64,000 bases of DNA from Acidimicrobiia bacterium (GTDB lineage: Bacteria > Actinomycetota > Acidimicrobiia > Spongiisociales > UBA11373), in NCBI GenBank assembly GCA_040902765.1, contig JBBDWO010000030.1:1598-65597 (forward strand), given 5' to 3'. A program made the position numbers and the translations under genes. This document shows positions 1 through 10,548 of the stretch, piece by piece. Every line of letters begins with the position of its first letter. Position 1 is the stretch's first letter. The notes under the pieces are model-generated. The model worked only from the letters and a program-made list of their open reading frames with translations, was not told the origin of the DNA and did no database searches.

Positions 1-519
1 GTCATCGGCATAGAACGCGAACCCGGACTCGACGGTGGCCAACGCCTCGGAGTCCCTCTCGCGAAGCCGCGCGATGAGATCCTCCACTTCCTCGGTTCGT
101 TGGCTCATGACATCGGGGTCGTCTGCCAGTCCGGAACCGGACACGAGTGCTACCGACTCGACCAGGTTCCGGTGGCGGGCAGCGATTGCAAGCGCTACCG
201 GGCCTCCGTCGGACCAGCCGATGATCGGTACCGGCCCGAGTCCGAGGGCCGCCGAGAGTTCGGCGAAGTCGTCGGCGACCTCGTTCAGGTCGTGGAAGAG
301 CGACGGGTCGGAGCGGCCCACTCCCGGGCGGTCGTAGGTGATGAGGCGGATTCCGGCGTCTGCCGTCGCCTGCTCATCCGGGCAGATCAGGCGGGACCCG
401 GGGTTTCCGTGGAGGAGGACCACCGATCGTCCAGAGGGATCGCCAAACTCCGCATGGGCGAGCCGCCGCCCATCTCGGAGGGTGATGATCCCTTCACTAT
501 GGGGTTCCGCAGTCGCCAC
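1..519 (-). CDS. alpha/beta-fold hydrolase, partial (C-terminal part runs off the window). Start GTG at 519 after GGAGACAGGAGC.
   Basis: Translating the reverse complement of 1-519 gives VATAEPHSEGIITLRDGRRLAHAEFGDPSGRSVVLLHGNPGS...IIGWSDGGPVALAIAARH. The HGxP and GxSxG (GWSDG) motifs are typical of alpha/beta hydrolases. There is an in-frame stop just upstream of the GTG. It is absent from the ORF table because there is no stop inside the window. Confidence 0.5.
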   Translation of the reverse strand, partial: MATAEPHSEGIITLRDGRRLAHAEFGDPSGRSVVLLHGNPGSRLICPDEQATADAGIRLITYDRPGVGRSDPSLFHDLNEVADDFAELSAALGLGPVPIIGWSDGGPVALAIAARHRNLVESVALVSGSGLADDPDVMSQRTEEVEDLIARLRERDSEALATVESGFAFYADD

Positions 520-639
520 GCTCCTGTCTCCTCTCGCCGTCGATCAGATTGCAGGCTAGGGAGCAGCCCCCTGGTGCGGCCAGTAGGGGCGCACCCGTCG
601 ACCGGGTCTGGCCGTGAGCGATGCCGGTATCTTTGGCAG

Positions 640-2040
640 GTGCGCCCTGTGATCACTGCTGCCGAAGTCGCGCGACTCGATGCGTCCGCCGACGCCGCCA
701 CTGATGTCCTGATGGAGCGCGCTGGTCTGGCCGTCGCCATCCAGGCGGCGCGTATGGGGGCGACCTACGGATCTCGGGTGGTGGTGCTGGCCGGAGTGGG
801 CAACAACGGTGGTGACGGCTTCGTCGCCGCCCGCCACCTGAAGGAGCGTGGGGTCGACGTGATCGTCCACTGCCTGGCCTTCCCCAAGGGTGAGCCGCTG
901 GTGCACCGGGGCATGGGGATCCGTGCGGCTCGGGCCGGGGTTCCGATCGAGCCGCTGGGGGAGCCGGTGCCCGCCGATCTCGTGATCGACGCCCTCTTCG
1001 GGGTCGGCTTCCACGGCACGCTCCCCGAGGTCGTGGAGCCATGGCTAGGGCACCCGGCCCCGGTTCTCGCCGTCGACGTGCCCAGTGGACTCGACGCCAC
1101 CACCGGTGAGGTCGAGGGTGGAGCGTTTCGTGCCGCCCACACGGTGACCTTCCATGCGTTCAAGACCGGGATGCTGGTGGGCGCAGGGCCCGACCACTGT
1201 GGGGTGGTGTCGGTGGCCGACATCGGCCTCACCGGGGAGCGGGCCGATTGGCTCTTGTGTGAGGATGGCGATGCAGCGGTTCCGGCGCGGCCCCGTGCCG
1301 CCCACAAGTGGTCGGCAGGATCGGTCGCCGTCGCCGGGGGTTCATCGGGGATCGTCGGTGCCGCCGTGCTCACCGGCTCGGCCGCCTTGTCCTTCGGGGC
1401 TGGAGCGGTGCGCGTTCTCGTGCCGGGTGCGTTGCGGTCCGAGGCGGCTTCGATGACGCCGTCACTGATGACGGAGGGTGTCGGGACGGCGACCATGCAC
1501 GACGACGCGGACGCTGTGCTCGCCGCTGCCGACCGCTTCGACGTCCTCGTCGTCGGCCCCGGGATGGGTGCGAGCGAGGTGGTGGAGGGGATCGTCACCG
1601 GTTGGGATGGCGCGCTCGTCATCGACGCCGACGCGCTCCGCGCGGTGACGCCGGATCTTCTCCGGGAACGATCAGGTCCCACCGTGATCACACCTCATGC
1701 CGGGGAGTTCGAGGCGTTGGCCGGAGAGCCGGCGAGCCCGGCAGCAGCGGCGCGACTCGCCGAACGAACCGGGGCGGTCGTGGTTCTCAAGGGGAGTCCG
1801 ACCTTCGTGATGGGTGAAGAGGCCTGGGTGGTGACCAGCGGGGGACCGGAGCTCGCCACGATCGGGACCGGAGACGTGCTGGCCGGTATGGTCGCCGCTC
1901 TCCTCGCCCGCGGGATGGACGCGGAGGCGGCGGCACGATCGGCGGCACATCGTCACGGCCGGGCCGCGGCTGCCCTGGCGGCGACCGGTACCGTCACCGC
2001 CGGCCATCTCGCCGACGAGATCAGGAGGTTCGCCTGGTGA
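640..2040 (+). CDS. nnr: bifunctional NAD(P)H-hydrate repair enzyme Nnr (YjeF_N epimerase plus YjeF_C ADP-dependent dehydratase)
   Basis: LMERAGLAVA...VVLAGVGNNGGDGF matches the YjeF N-terminal domain. The C-terminal half has carbohydrate-kinase-like motifs (GPGMG..., VLKGSPT, GTGDVLAG). I moved the start to in-frame GTG 640, because the ORF-table start at 100 would add about 180 non-homologous residues. The stop overlaps the alr start (GTGA). Confidence 0.7.
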   Translation: MRPVITAAEVARLDASADAATDVLMERAGLAVAIQAARMGATYGSRVVVLAGVGNNGGDGFVAARHLKERGVDVIVHCLAFPKGEPLVHRGMGIRAARAGVPIEPLGEPVPADLVIDALFGVGFHGTLPEVVEPWLGHPAPVLAVDVPSGLDATTGEVEGGAFRAAHTVTFHAFKTGMLVGAGPDHCGVVSVADIGLTGERADWLLCEDGDAAVPARPRAAHKWSAGSVAVAGGSSGIVGAAVLTGSAALSFGAGAVRVLVPGALRSEAASMTPSLMTEGVGTATMHDDADAVLAAADRFDVLVVGPGMGASEVVEGIVTGWDGALVIDADALRAVTPDLLRERSGPTVITPHAGEFEALAGEPASPAAAARLAERTGAVVVLKGSPTFVMGEEAWVVTSGGPELATIGTGDVLAGMVAALLARGMDAEAAARSAAHRHGRAAAALAATGTVTAGHLADEIRRFAW

Positions 2041-3125
2041 GGTTGTCGGTCATCGAGGTCGATCTCGCCGCGATCCGCCACAACGTCGTGGTGTTCGCCT
2101 CCCTCGTGGCACCGGCGCGGCTCTGCGTGGTGGTCAAGGCTGACGCCTACGGCCACGGCGACGTGCCCGTCGCCGTGGCTGCTGCCGACGCCGGAGCCGA
2201 CCGGCTCGCGGTGGCACTGGTGTCCGAGGGCATCGGGCTGCGCGAGGCCGGCGTCGAGCTACCGATACTCGTGTTGAGCGAGCCCGCTCCTACCGACGCG
2301 GTGGAGTCGGTGCGGTGGCGATTGACCCCCACCGTGTACACGGAGACCTTCATCACGGCCCTCGAGTCGGTCGCTCCGGCAGAATTGGGAGTTCATCTCA
2401 AGGTGGACACCGGCATGCACCGGGTGGGCGCGCCGTTCTCGGCTGCTCCCGACCTGGCGCGTCGGATCGCCAGCGGACCCTTGCGCCTCGAGGGACTCTG
2501 GACGCACTTCCCGGTTGCCGACGAGGACCCGGCCTTCACCTCCACCCAGGTGCGGGCCCTGCGCGAGGTCGAGGCGCGGCTCGCCGCAGACGGCATCTCA
2601 CCCGATGTCGTGCACGCCGCCAATACGGCTGCCGCCATCGGCGACCCGGAGTCCCGGCTGGGCATGGTCCGTATCGGGCTGGGGATCTACGGCCTGCTGC
2701 CGATCCCCGACGCTGCGGTCGACGTCCACCCGGCAATGCGGGTGGTCAGCGGCGTGGCGCACCTGGCGCGACTCCCCGGCGGTGCCCGTCCCTCCTACGG
2801 TCGCCGCCGTCCCCTGGCTCATGAGTCCACGGTGGCGACCGTTCCGATCGGCTATGCCGACGGGGTGCCGAGGCGCCTGTTCGACGCCGGTGGCGAGGTC
2901 CTGATCCGCGGCAACCGGTATCCGTTCGCCGGGATGATCACGATGGACCAGTGCGTGGTCGACGTCGGTGACGATCCGGTGGCGGTTGGCGACGAGGTGG
3001 TGTTGCTTGGTCGTCAGGGCGATGGCGAGATCACGGCGGAGGAGTGGGCGCAGCGCCTGGGGACCATCGTGTGGGAGGTCGTCTGCGGGTTCGGGCCCCG
3101 CCTCCCCCGGCGGTACGTCGGATGA
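2037..3125 (+). CDS. alr: alanine racemase
   Basis: VVKADAYGHGDVPVA is the PLP-lysine motif. There is an AGGAGG RBS 8 nt upstream of GTG 2037. The start is coupled to the nnr stop. Confidence 0.85.
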   Translation: MRLSVIEVDLAAIRHNVVVFASLVAPARLCVVVKADAYGHGDVPVAVAAADAGADRLAVALVSEGIGLREAGVELPILVLSEPAPTDAVESVRWRLTPTVYTETFITALESVAPAELGVHLKVDTGMHRVGAPFSAAPDLARRIASGPLRLEGLWTHFPVADEDPAFTSTQVRALREVEARLAADGISPDVVHAANTAAAIGDPESRLGMVRIGLGIYGLLPIPDAAVDVHPAMRVVSGVAHLARLPGGARPSYGRRRPLAHESTVATVPIGYADGVPRRLFDAGGEVLIRGNRYPFAGMITMDQCVVDVGDDPVAVGDEVVLLGRQGDGEITAEEWAQRLGTIVWEVVCGFGPRLPRRYVG

Positions 3126-4039
3126 CGCTCACGGCGGTTCCCGGTGTTCGCGTGGGCCACTGGACTGATGCGGTCGGGGTGACCGGGGTGACCGTGGTGG
3201 AGCTGCCGGAGCCCAACGTGACCACCGTCGAGGTGCGCGGGGCGGCTCCCGGTTCGCGGGAGACCGCATTGCTGGCACCCGGTATGCGGGTCGAGACCGT
3301 CCAGGCGATCGTTCTCGCCGGGGGTAGCGCTTTCGGTCTCGCCGCCGCCGACGGCGTTACCAGCGCTCTGGCGGCCGCAGGGAGAGGCCATCCGACGATG
3401 GCCGGTCCGGTCCCCATCGTCCCGTCGGCGATCATCTACGACCTGGCCGTGGGGGACCCGACGGCCCGGCCCGGTCCTGCCGAAGGCGCTGCCGCCTACG
3501 GGGCGTGCTCCGCCGATCCCGTTCCCATGGGCAGTGTGGGAGCGGGCACCGGCGCCTGTGTGGCCGGTTGGCGGGGTCGGGAGCACCGACGCAAAGGCGG
3601 TGTGGGATCGCACGCCGTCACCCATGAGGGGACGACGGTGGGGGCGCTCGTGGTGCTCAACGCCGTCGGCGACGCCTTCAGCCTGGAAGGCAAGTCGCTG
3701 ACCGGCGGCGACCTGCTGCCCAGGAGCACCCCGGTGATCCCATCCATCGCCGAGAACACGACGCTGGTCGTGATCACCATCGATGCCGCGGTCGACCGCG
3801 CCGCTCTCAGCAGGCTCTGTGTACAGGGTCACGACGCCCTGGCCGTCTGCCTTCGCCCGAGTCACACCCGATACGATGGCGATGCCGTCTTCGCGGTGTC
3901 CTGTGGCACCCGCGAGGCGGATCTGGATCGTCTGGGGGTGATGGCGTTCGAGGCCGTAGGGCGGTCGATCGAGGCAGCGGTCCGCCAGGCCACGACACTG
4001 GGAGGGATCCCGGCCATCGAATCGGAGGAGTCGTCGTGA
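3122..4039 (+). CDS. S58 family peptidase (DmpA / L-aminopeptidase-like, Ntn-hydrolase fold)
   Basis: [16 protein letters not shown]...GVTVVE...[13 protein letters not shown]...[12 protein letters not shown] matches the DmpA/S58 N-terminal signature. ATG 3122 overlaps the alr stop (ATGA). Confidence 0.55.
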   Translation: MTLTAVPGVRVGHWTDAVGVTGVTVVELPEPNVTTVEVRGAAPGSRETALLAPGMRVETVQAIVLAGGSAFGLAAADGVTSALAAAGRGHPTMAGPVPIVPSAIIYDLAVGDPTARPGPAEGAAAYGACSADPVPMGSVGAGTGACVAGWRGREHRRKGGVGSHAVTHEGTTVGALVVLNAVGDAFSLEGKSLTGGDLLPRSTPVIPSIAENTTLVVITIDAAVDRAALSRLCVQGHDALAVCLRPSHTRYDGDAVFAVSCGTREADLDRLGVMAFEAVGRSIEAAVRQATTLGGIPAIESEESS

Positions 4040-4662
4040 ACGAAGCCGGGCTGGCCGAACTCGCCGCCCTGGCCGAACGCGCCTCGGGATGCGTCGACTG
4101 CGGGCTGTCCACCACTCGCACCACGGTCGTGTTCGGCGACGGGTCGCCGGAGGCGGACGTCATGTTCGTCGGCGAGGCGCCCGGGAAGAACGAGGACGAG
4201 CAGGGGCTTCCGTTCGTCGGCGCCGCCGGCAAGCTGCTGGACACGCTGCTCGACGAGATCGGGCTGCGGCGGCAAGACGTGTACATCGCCAACGTGATCA
4301 AGTGTCGTCCACCGAACAACCGGGATCCCCAGCAGGAGGAGATCGACGCCTGCAAGGGCTACCTGCGGTCCCAGATCGCGCTGATCGACCCGTCTGTAGT
4401 GGTGACACTCGGCAACTTCGCCACCAAGCTGCTGCTCAAGCGGGATGTCGGCATCACCCGACTGCGCGGCCAGGTCTACCCATGGTGGAACCGGCAGCTG
4501 GTACCCACCTTTCATCCGGCCGCTGCCCTGCGCGGGGGTCAGCGTGTCCTCGACGACATGCGCCACGACTTCGCCCTGGTCCGCGGGGTGCTGGATGAGG
4601 AAAGCGACGCGACGACATCGCCCGCCCCCGACACCGCCGACCAGCTGGGCCTGTTCGAATGA
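4036..4662 (+). CDS. family 4 uracil-DNA glycosylase (Fe-S type)
   Basis: GEAPG motif [11 protein letters not shown] motif B, and a CVDCGL...C..C cysteine cluster. GTG 4036 overlaps the peptidase stop. Confidence 0.75.
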   Translation: MNEAGLAELAALAERASGCVDCGLSTTRTTVVFGDGSPEADVMFVGEAPGKNEDEQGLPFVGAAGKLLDTLLDEIGLRRQDVYIANVIKCRPPNNRDPQQEEIDACKGYLRSQIALIDPSVVVTLGNFATKLLLKRDVGITRLRGQVYPWWNRQLVPTFHPAAALRGGQRVLDDMRHDFALVRGVLDEESDATTSPAPDTADQLGLFE

Positions 4663-4664
4663 GG

Positions 4665-4767
4665 CGCGATTCGCGATTCGCGATTCTCGGTTCGCAATTC
4701 GCGATACCGGAAGCTTGCCCGACGACGCGCTGTCGATCCCGCGAATCGCGAATCACGAATCACGAAT
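4665..4767. repeat. inverted heptamer arrays with (CGCGATT)x3, CTCGGTT, CGCAATT, CGCGATA at 4665-4706, a 33-nt spacer, then (CGCGAAT)x2 and (CACGAAT)x2 at 4740-4767. The element ends 20 nt before the tsaE ATG.
   Basis: Read from the sequence. Confidence 0.9.
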
Positions 4768-4786
4768 TGCGGAGCGAAGCGACCCC

Positions 4787-5242
4787 ATGAGCGTCTCCCT
4801 CTTGTGTCCCACCGAGGCCGACACCCGTGCGGCAGGTCGCCGCCTCGCCAGCCTGCTGCGGCCCGGTGATGTCGTACTGCTCGCCGGGGACCTGGGGGCG
4901 GGTAAGACGGTGTTCGCCGGTGGGATCGGGGAGGGCCTGGGGGTCGACGAGCCGGTCATCAGCCCCTCCTACATCCTGAGCCGGCGCTACGAGGGGTTCC
5001 TGCCGCTGGTGCACGCCGACATCTACCGCCTCGGGTCTTCTGCGGAGATCGACGATCTCGACCTCCTCGGCGACGCCGCCGACGGGGTCCTGGTGGTCGA
5101 GTGGGGCCATGCTGCCGAGCAGGTGTTTGGTGACGAGCACCTGATGATCCGTATCGAGGTGGTGGAGGACGGTGCTCGCCGGGTTGACCTCGAGCCGCAT
5201 GGTCAGTGGCGTTCTCGGCCGCTCGCGGAGATCGTCTCATGA
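4787..5242 (+). CDS. tsaE: tRNA threonylcarbamoyladenosine biosynthesis ATPase TsaE
   Basis: LLAGDLGAGKT P-loop and YjeE-like length (151 aa). ATG 4787 is preceded by GGAGCGAAG. The ORF-table entry starting at 4445 is an upstream extension through a repeat region. Confidence 0.8.
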   Translation: MSVSLLCPTEADTRAAGRRLASLLRPGDVVLLAGDLGAGKTVFAGGIGEGLGVDEPVISPSYILSRRYEGFLPLVHADIYRLGSSAEIDDLDLLGDAADGVLVVEWGHAAEQVFGDEHLMIRIEVVEDGARRVDLEPHGQWRSRPLAEIVS

Positions 5243-5943
5243 GGATCCTCGCCATCGAGACCGCCACCGCGGCATCGTCCGTCGCCCTCGGTGACGACTC
5301 CGGCGTCGTCGCCATGGCGAGCCTCCTCGACGCCCGGGGTCACGTCGAGTTCGTGATCCCTGCGGTCGAGTTCTGTTTCCATCGCGCCGGGTGGGATCCG
5401 GGGGAACTCGATGCGGTCGCGGTGGATGTCGGTCCCGGGTTGTTCAGCGGCCTCCGTACGGGCCTGGCGACGGCCCAGGCGATCGCCGGAGCCGTCGGGG
5501 TGCCACTGATCCCGGTGGGGTCCCTGGACGCCGTCGCCTTCGACGCCGCCACCGGTCGTCGACGGGTCTGGGCGGTGATCGACGTTCGGCGCGGCGAGGT
5601 GGCGGTGTGCCCGTATCGGCCGGTTCCGGGCGGCGTCGTTCGGGATGGGGCGGTCGAGCTGTGCACACCCGACGAGTTCAGAGGGATGCTCCAGGAGGAC
5701 CGTTCGGACATCCTCGTCGTCGGGGAGCACGCCGCCTTGCCCGAGGGAAGCCTGGTGGGGTTCCACTCCCTCAAGACGGGACGCCCGGAGAACCCGTCGG
5801 CCGCCGCAGTCCTGGCGATCGCTCGCACGCGCTTACTCCGCGGCGACGTTCCCCATCCTGAGGAAGTGCGACCCGCCTACCTCCGAGACCCGGACGTGAC
5901 GATCAACTGGTCCGACTTCAGGTCGGAGGGGCCATGGTCGTGA
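5239..5943 (+). CDS. tsaB: tRNA threonylcarbamoyladenosine biosynthesis protein TsaB (inactive Kae1 homologue)
   Basis: MRILAIETATAASSVAL... is a YeaZ/TsaB N-terminus. ATG 5239 overlaps the tsaE stop (ATGA). Confidence 0.8.
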   Translation: MRILAIETATAASSVALGDDSGVVAMASLLDARGHVEFVIPAVEFCFHRAGWDPGELDAVAVDVGPGLFSGLRTGLATAQAIAGAVGVPLIPVGSLDAVAFDAATGRRRVWAVIDVRRGEVAVCPYRPVPGGVVRDGAVELCTPDEFRGMLQEDRSDILVVGEHAALPEGSLVGFHSLKTGRPENPSAAAVLAIARTRLLRGDVPHPEEVRPAYLRDPDVTINWSDFRSEGPWS

Positions 5944-6431
5944 CCGTTGGCACCATCCGCCCGATGACCACCGCCGACGTGGCTGCCGTGGCCGACCTCG
6001 AGGGCGCTTCCTTCGACATGCCGTGGCCGCCCGAGGTGTTCTTCGAAGAGTTGTCCGCACCGAGCCGCTGGTACCTGGTGGCCGAGTGCGAGCACGGGGT
6101 CACCGCCTACGGCGGGATCATGCTCGTCGACGGCGACGCCCATGTGATGACCATCGCCGTAAGCCCCGATCATCGCCGCAGCGGGGCAGGGTCGCGGATG
6201 CTCATGGCACTCATCGACGCTGCGTTGGAGATGGGGGCGAACGCCATCACCCTCGAGGTGGCGGTGTCGAATCGCCCCGCCATCGCCCTGTACGAGGTTT
6301 TCGGATTCGAAGCCGTGGGTACCCGGCCGGGGTACTACGGCGGGGAGGACGCCCAGATCATGTGGGTGGTGGAGGCGGATGGTCCGAGCTATCGGGACCT
6401 CCTCGACGAGATCCGGGGCAGGTTGTCATGA
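5934..6431 (+). CDS. rimI: ribosomal-protein-alanine N-acetyltransferase RimI (GNAT)
   Basis: GNAT motifs (IAVSPDHRRSGAGSRML) and a conserved position between tsaB and tsaD. Confidence 0.8.
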   Translation: MVVTVGTIRPMTTADVAAVADLEGASFDMPWPPEVFFEELSAPSRWYLVAECEHGVTAYGGIMLVDGDAHVMTIAVSPDHRRSGAGSRMLMALIDAALEMGANAITLEVAVSNRPAIALYEVFGFEAVGTRPGYYGGEDAQIMWVVEADGPSYRDLLDEIRGRLS

Positions 6432-7438
6432 CCGACAGGCCGCTCATCCTGGGCTTCGAGACCTCGTGCGACGAGACCGGGGTCGGCGTCGTCCGGGGCC
6501 ACGAGGTGCTCGCCAACGTGATCGCCTCCCAGGTGGAGGAGCACGCCCGCTTCGGTGGGGTGGTCCCGGAGGTTGCGGCCCGGGCCCACGTCGAGGCGAT
6601 CCGATCGCTGACGCACCGGGCGTTGCGCGACGCCGGCGTGCACTCGACCGACCTCGATGCCATCGCCGCCACACGCGGTCCGGGGCTCGCCGGTGCGCTC
6701 ATGGTCGGATTCGCCTACGGGAAGGCCCTCGCCTGGGCGCTGGAGAGGCCATTCCTTGGTATCGACCACATGGAGGGGCATCTGGTGGCGCCGCGGCTGG
6801 AGGACGATCGGTTCGAGCCGCCGGCCGTGGTCCTCCTGGCCTCTGGTGGGCACAGCCAGATCGTCCATGTCGAAGCGTGGGGGCAGTACCGGACGGTCGG
6901 GTCGACCATCGACGATGCCGCCGGAGAGGCGCTCGACAAGCTGGCCCGGTTCCTCGGCCTCGGGTACCCGGGTGGACCGGCCATCGACCGCGAGGCTCGC
7001 CACGGCGACCCGTCGGCGGTGGCGTTCCCCCGGGCGCTACCGGACCGTCCTTTCGACATGTCGTTCTCGGGTCTCAAGACGGCGGTGATCACCTTCGTGC
7101 GGGAGCACCACCGGGCGGGGACCCTGCCCTCGATCGCCGATCTGGCCGCCTCCATCCAGGAGGCCGTCATCGACGTGCTCGTCGACAAGACGATGAACGC
7201 CGTCGAGGAGACCGGCGCACTGCGAGTCGCCGGCGGCGGCGGTGTCATGTCCAACAGCAGGCTCAGACAGCGGCTGGGCGAGGCGTGTGAGGAGCGGGGG
7301 ATCGACCTGCACCTGCCGTCGCCGCTGCTGTGCACCGACAACGGCGCCATGATCGCCAGCGCCGCGGTCCGTCGGTTCCTCGAGGGTGAGCGAACTCCGT
7401 GGGATTCGGCGATCGACCCGGGGTTGCGATTGGGCTGA
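6428..7438 (+). CDS. tsaD: tRNA N6-adenosine threonylcarbamoyltransferase TsaD (Kae1/Gcp)
   Basis: MTDRPLILGFETSCDETGVGVV...HMEGH is a TsaD signature. ATG 6428 overlaps the rimI stop. Confidence 0.9.
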   Translation: MTDRPLILGFETSCDETGVGVVRGHEVLANVIASQVEEHARFGGVVPEVAARAHVEAIRSLTHRALRDAGVHSTDLDAIAATRGPGLAGALMVGFAYGKALAWALERPFLGIDHMEGHLVAPRLEDDRFEPPAVVLLASGGHSQIVHVEAWGQYRTVGSTIDDAAGEALDKLARFLGLGYPGGPAIDREARHGDPSAVAFPRALPDRPFDMSFSGLKTAVITFVREHHRAGTLPSIADLAASIQEAVIDVLVDKTMNAVEETGALRVAGGGGVMSNSRLRQRLGEACEERGIDLHLPSPLLCTDNGAMIASAAVRRFLEGERTPWDSAIDPGLRLG

Positions 7439-7462
7439 GGTCAGGCTCCAGGCGCCAGCCAG

Positions 7463-7488
7463 GCGAATTGCGAATCGCGAATCGCAAC
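7463..7488. repeat. GCGAATT, (GCGAATC)x2 plus GCAAC, between tsaD and the CIRCE/groES region
   Basis: Read from the sequence. Confidence 0.85.
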
Positions 7489-7551
7489 TTGATATCCCTC
7501 CACTCACATCACCTGCTCCCGTCTGGCACTCTCCCCGGGTGATTGCTAGTG

Positions 7552-7578
7552 TTGGCACTCGGTAGCGACGAGTGCTAG
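7552..7578 (+). promoter_or_regulatory. CIRCE inverted repeat (HrcA operator) upstream of groES
   Basis: TTGGCACTC-N9-GAGTGCTAG compared with the consensus TTAGCACTC-N9-GAGTGCTAA. An extra TGGCACTC half-site lies at 7524-7531. Confidence 0.6.
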
Positions 7579-7603
7579 CGCCATGACAGGAGGAATTCGT
7601 CGT

Positions 7604-9564
<1,961 letters not shown>

Positions 9565-9570
9565 GCGCAG

Positions 9571-9618
9571 CGTTTCGAAACGAACGGTTGAGGGGCGGCC
9601 CACGGGTCGCCCCTCAAC
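9571..9618 (+). terminator. candidate intrinsic terminator after groEL: 12-nt palindrome CGTTTCGAAACG plus an 11-bp GC stem (GTTGAGGGGCG / CGCCCCTCAAC), with no U-tract
   Basis: Perfect inverted repeats immediately 3' of groEL. Confidence 0.45.
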
Positions 9619-9626
9619 GCGTCGTT

Positions 9627-9718
9627 AGTTGCCAGTTGCCAGTTGCCAGTTGCCAGTTGCCGGTCGCCGGTCCCCAGTCTCTTGGGGCGGGGCTCTGGCT
9701 GGTGGCTGATGGCTACTC
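9627..9718. repeat. heptamer arrays: (AGTTGCC)x5 plus GGTCGCC, GGTCCCC (9627-9675), a CCCCA-loop-GGGG hairpin, then GGCTCTG, GCTGGTG, GCTGATG, GCTACTC (9691-9718), which overlaps the stop of the minus-strand GNAT gene
   Basis: Read directly from the sequence. Confidence 0.85.
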
Positions 9719-10318
9719 GCCGAGCCACCCCTCTTCGACATACCGTGGCTGCTCGCGGGGGTACTCGTCGTCGAGGAGGGCCCAGAGGGAGTGGTCCACC
9801 CATTCGCCGCGGACGAGGACTTCACGGCGCAGGACGCCTTCCTGGACGAAACCGAGTTTTTCGGCGATGCGCTCACTCGCCCGGTTGCCCACCGCGATGC
9901 GCAGGGTCACCCGGTGCAGTTCGAGTTCTTCGAAGGCGGCCTGCACCACCCGCGCTCCGGCTTCGGTGGCGATGCCCTGACTGCCGACCGAGGTCCGCAC
10001 CCAGTATCCGATCTCACCCGACTGCTCGCGACGGGAGGTGTGCCACACCGAGATGTTGCCCAGGTGGCGCTCGGGATCGTCGAGGGGGCGGATCGTCATG
10101 TCGAAGGCTCGCCCATCGACCCACGCCGCCGCCGAGTCACGGATGAAACGGAGGGCATCCGCGCGGCGATAGCGGTCGGCTGCCCATGGGAGCCACGGTT
10201 CCAGTTGGGACTTGGATTCGGTGACGGCCTCGAGTAGGGAGTCGAGATCGCGCCGACGAAAGGGCCGCAGCTCCAGTCGTGGCGTGTAGCGCGATTGTGC
10301 GGCCAGCCGTGAAGGCAT
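9713..10318 (-). CDS. GNAT family N-acetyltransferase (RimJ/RimL-like)
   Basis: The PRLELRPF... N-terminal region and Acetyltransf_3-like motifs (IGYWV, RVTLRIAVGNRASERIAEKLGF). Confidence 0.7.
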   Translation of the reverse strand: MPSRLAAQSRYTPRLELRPFRRRDLDSLLEAVTESKSQLEPWLPWAADRYRRADALRFIRDSAAAWVDGRAFDMTIRPLDDPERHLGNISVWHTSRREQSGEIGYWVRTSVGSQGIATEAGARVVQAAFEELELHRVTLRIAVGNRASERIAEKLGFVQEGVLRREVLVRGEWVDHSLWALLDDEYPREQPRYVEEGWLGE

Positions 10319-10331
10319 AGCGAGAAGTTAG

Positions 10332-10395
10332 TCAACGCTCAACGCTCAACGCTCAACGCCTTCACGCTCAACGCTCAACGCTCAACGCTCAACGC
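10332..10395. repeat. (TCAACGC)x4, an 8-nt variant CTTCACGC, then (TCAACGC)x4. The array begins 13 nt upstream of the GNAT start codon.
   Basis: Read directly from the sequence. Confidence 0.9.
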
Positions 10396-10428
10396 CAGAC
10401 TCGTCGAGTACTGCGTTCAGCGTGAAGT

Positions 10429-10535
10429 GTTGAGCGTCTTCTCCTGCGTTGAGCGTTAGGCGTTGAGCGTCTTCTCTGGCGTTGAGCGTTTTCTCCTGCG
10501 TTGAGTGTCTTCTCCTGCGTTGAGCGTTCTTGTCG
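10429..10535. repeat. 19-bp tandem repeat GTTGAGCGTCTTCTCCTGC, about 6 copies (one truncated to 14 nt), in inverted orientation to the upstream TCAACGC array and ending 14 nt before the Nudix start
   Basis: Units at 10429-10447, 10462-10480, 10481-10499, 10500-10518, with variant units between and after. Confidence 0.85.
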
Positions 10536-10548
10536 TATCGTCCTCCCC

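Noticed and set aside
100-639. First 180 codons of the 646-aa ORF-table entry for nnr
   Set aside because: This leader has no homology to YjeF and reads antisense through the alpha/beta hydrolase gene. The conserved Nnr N-terminus begins at GTG 640.
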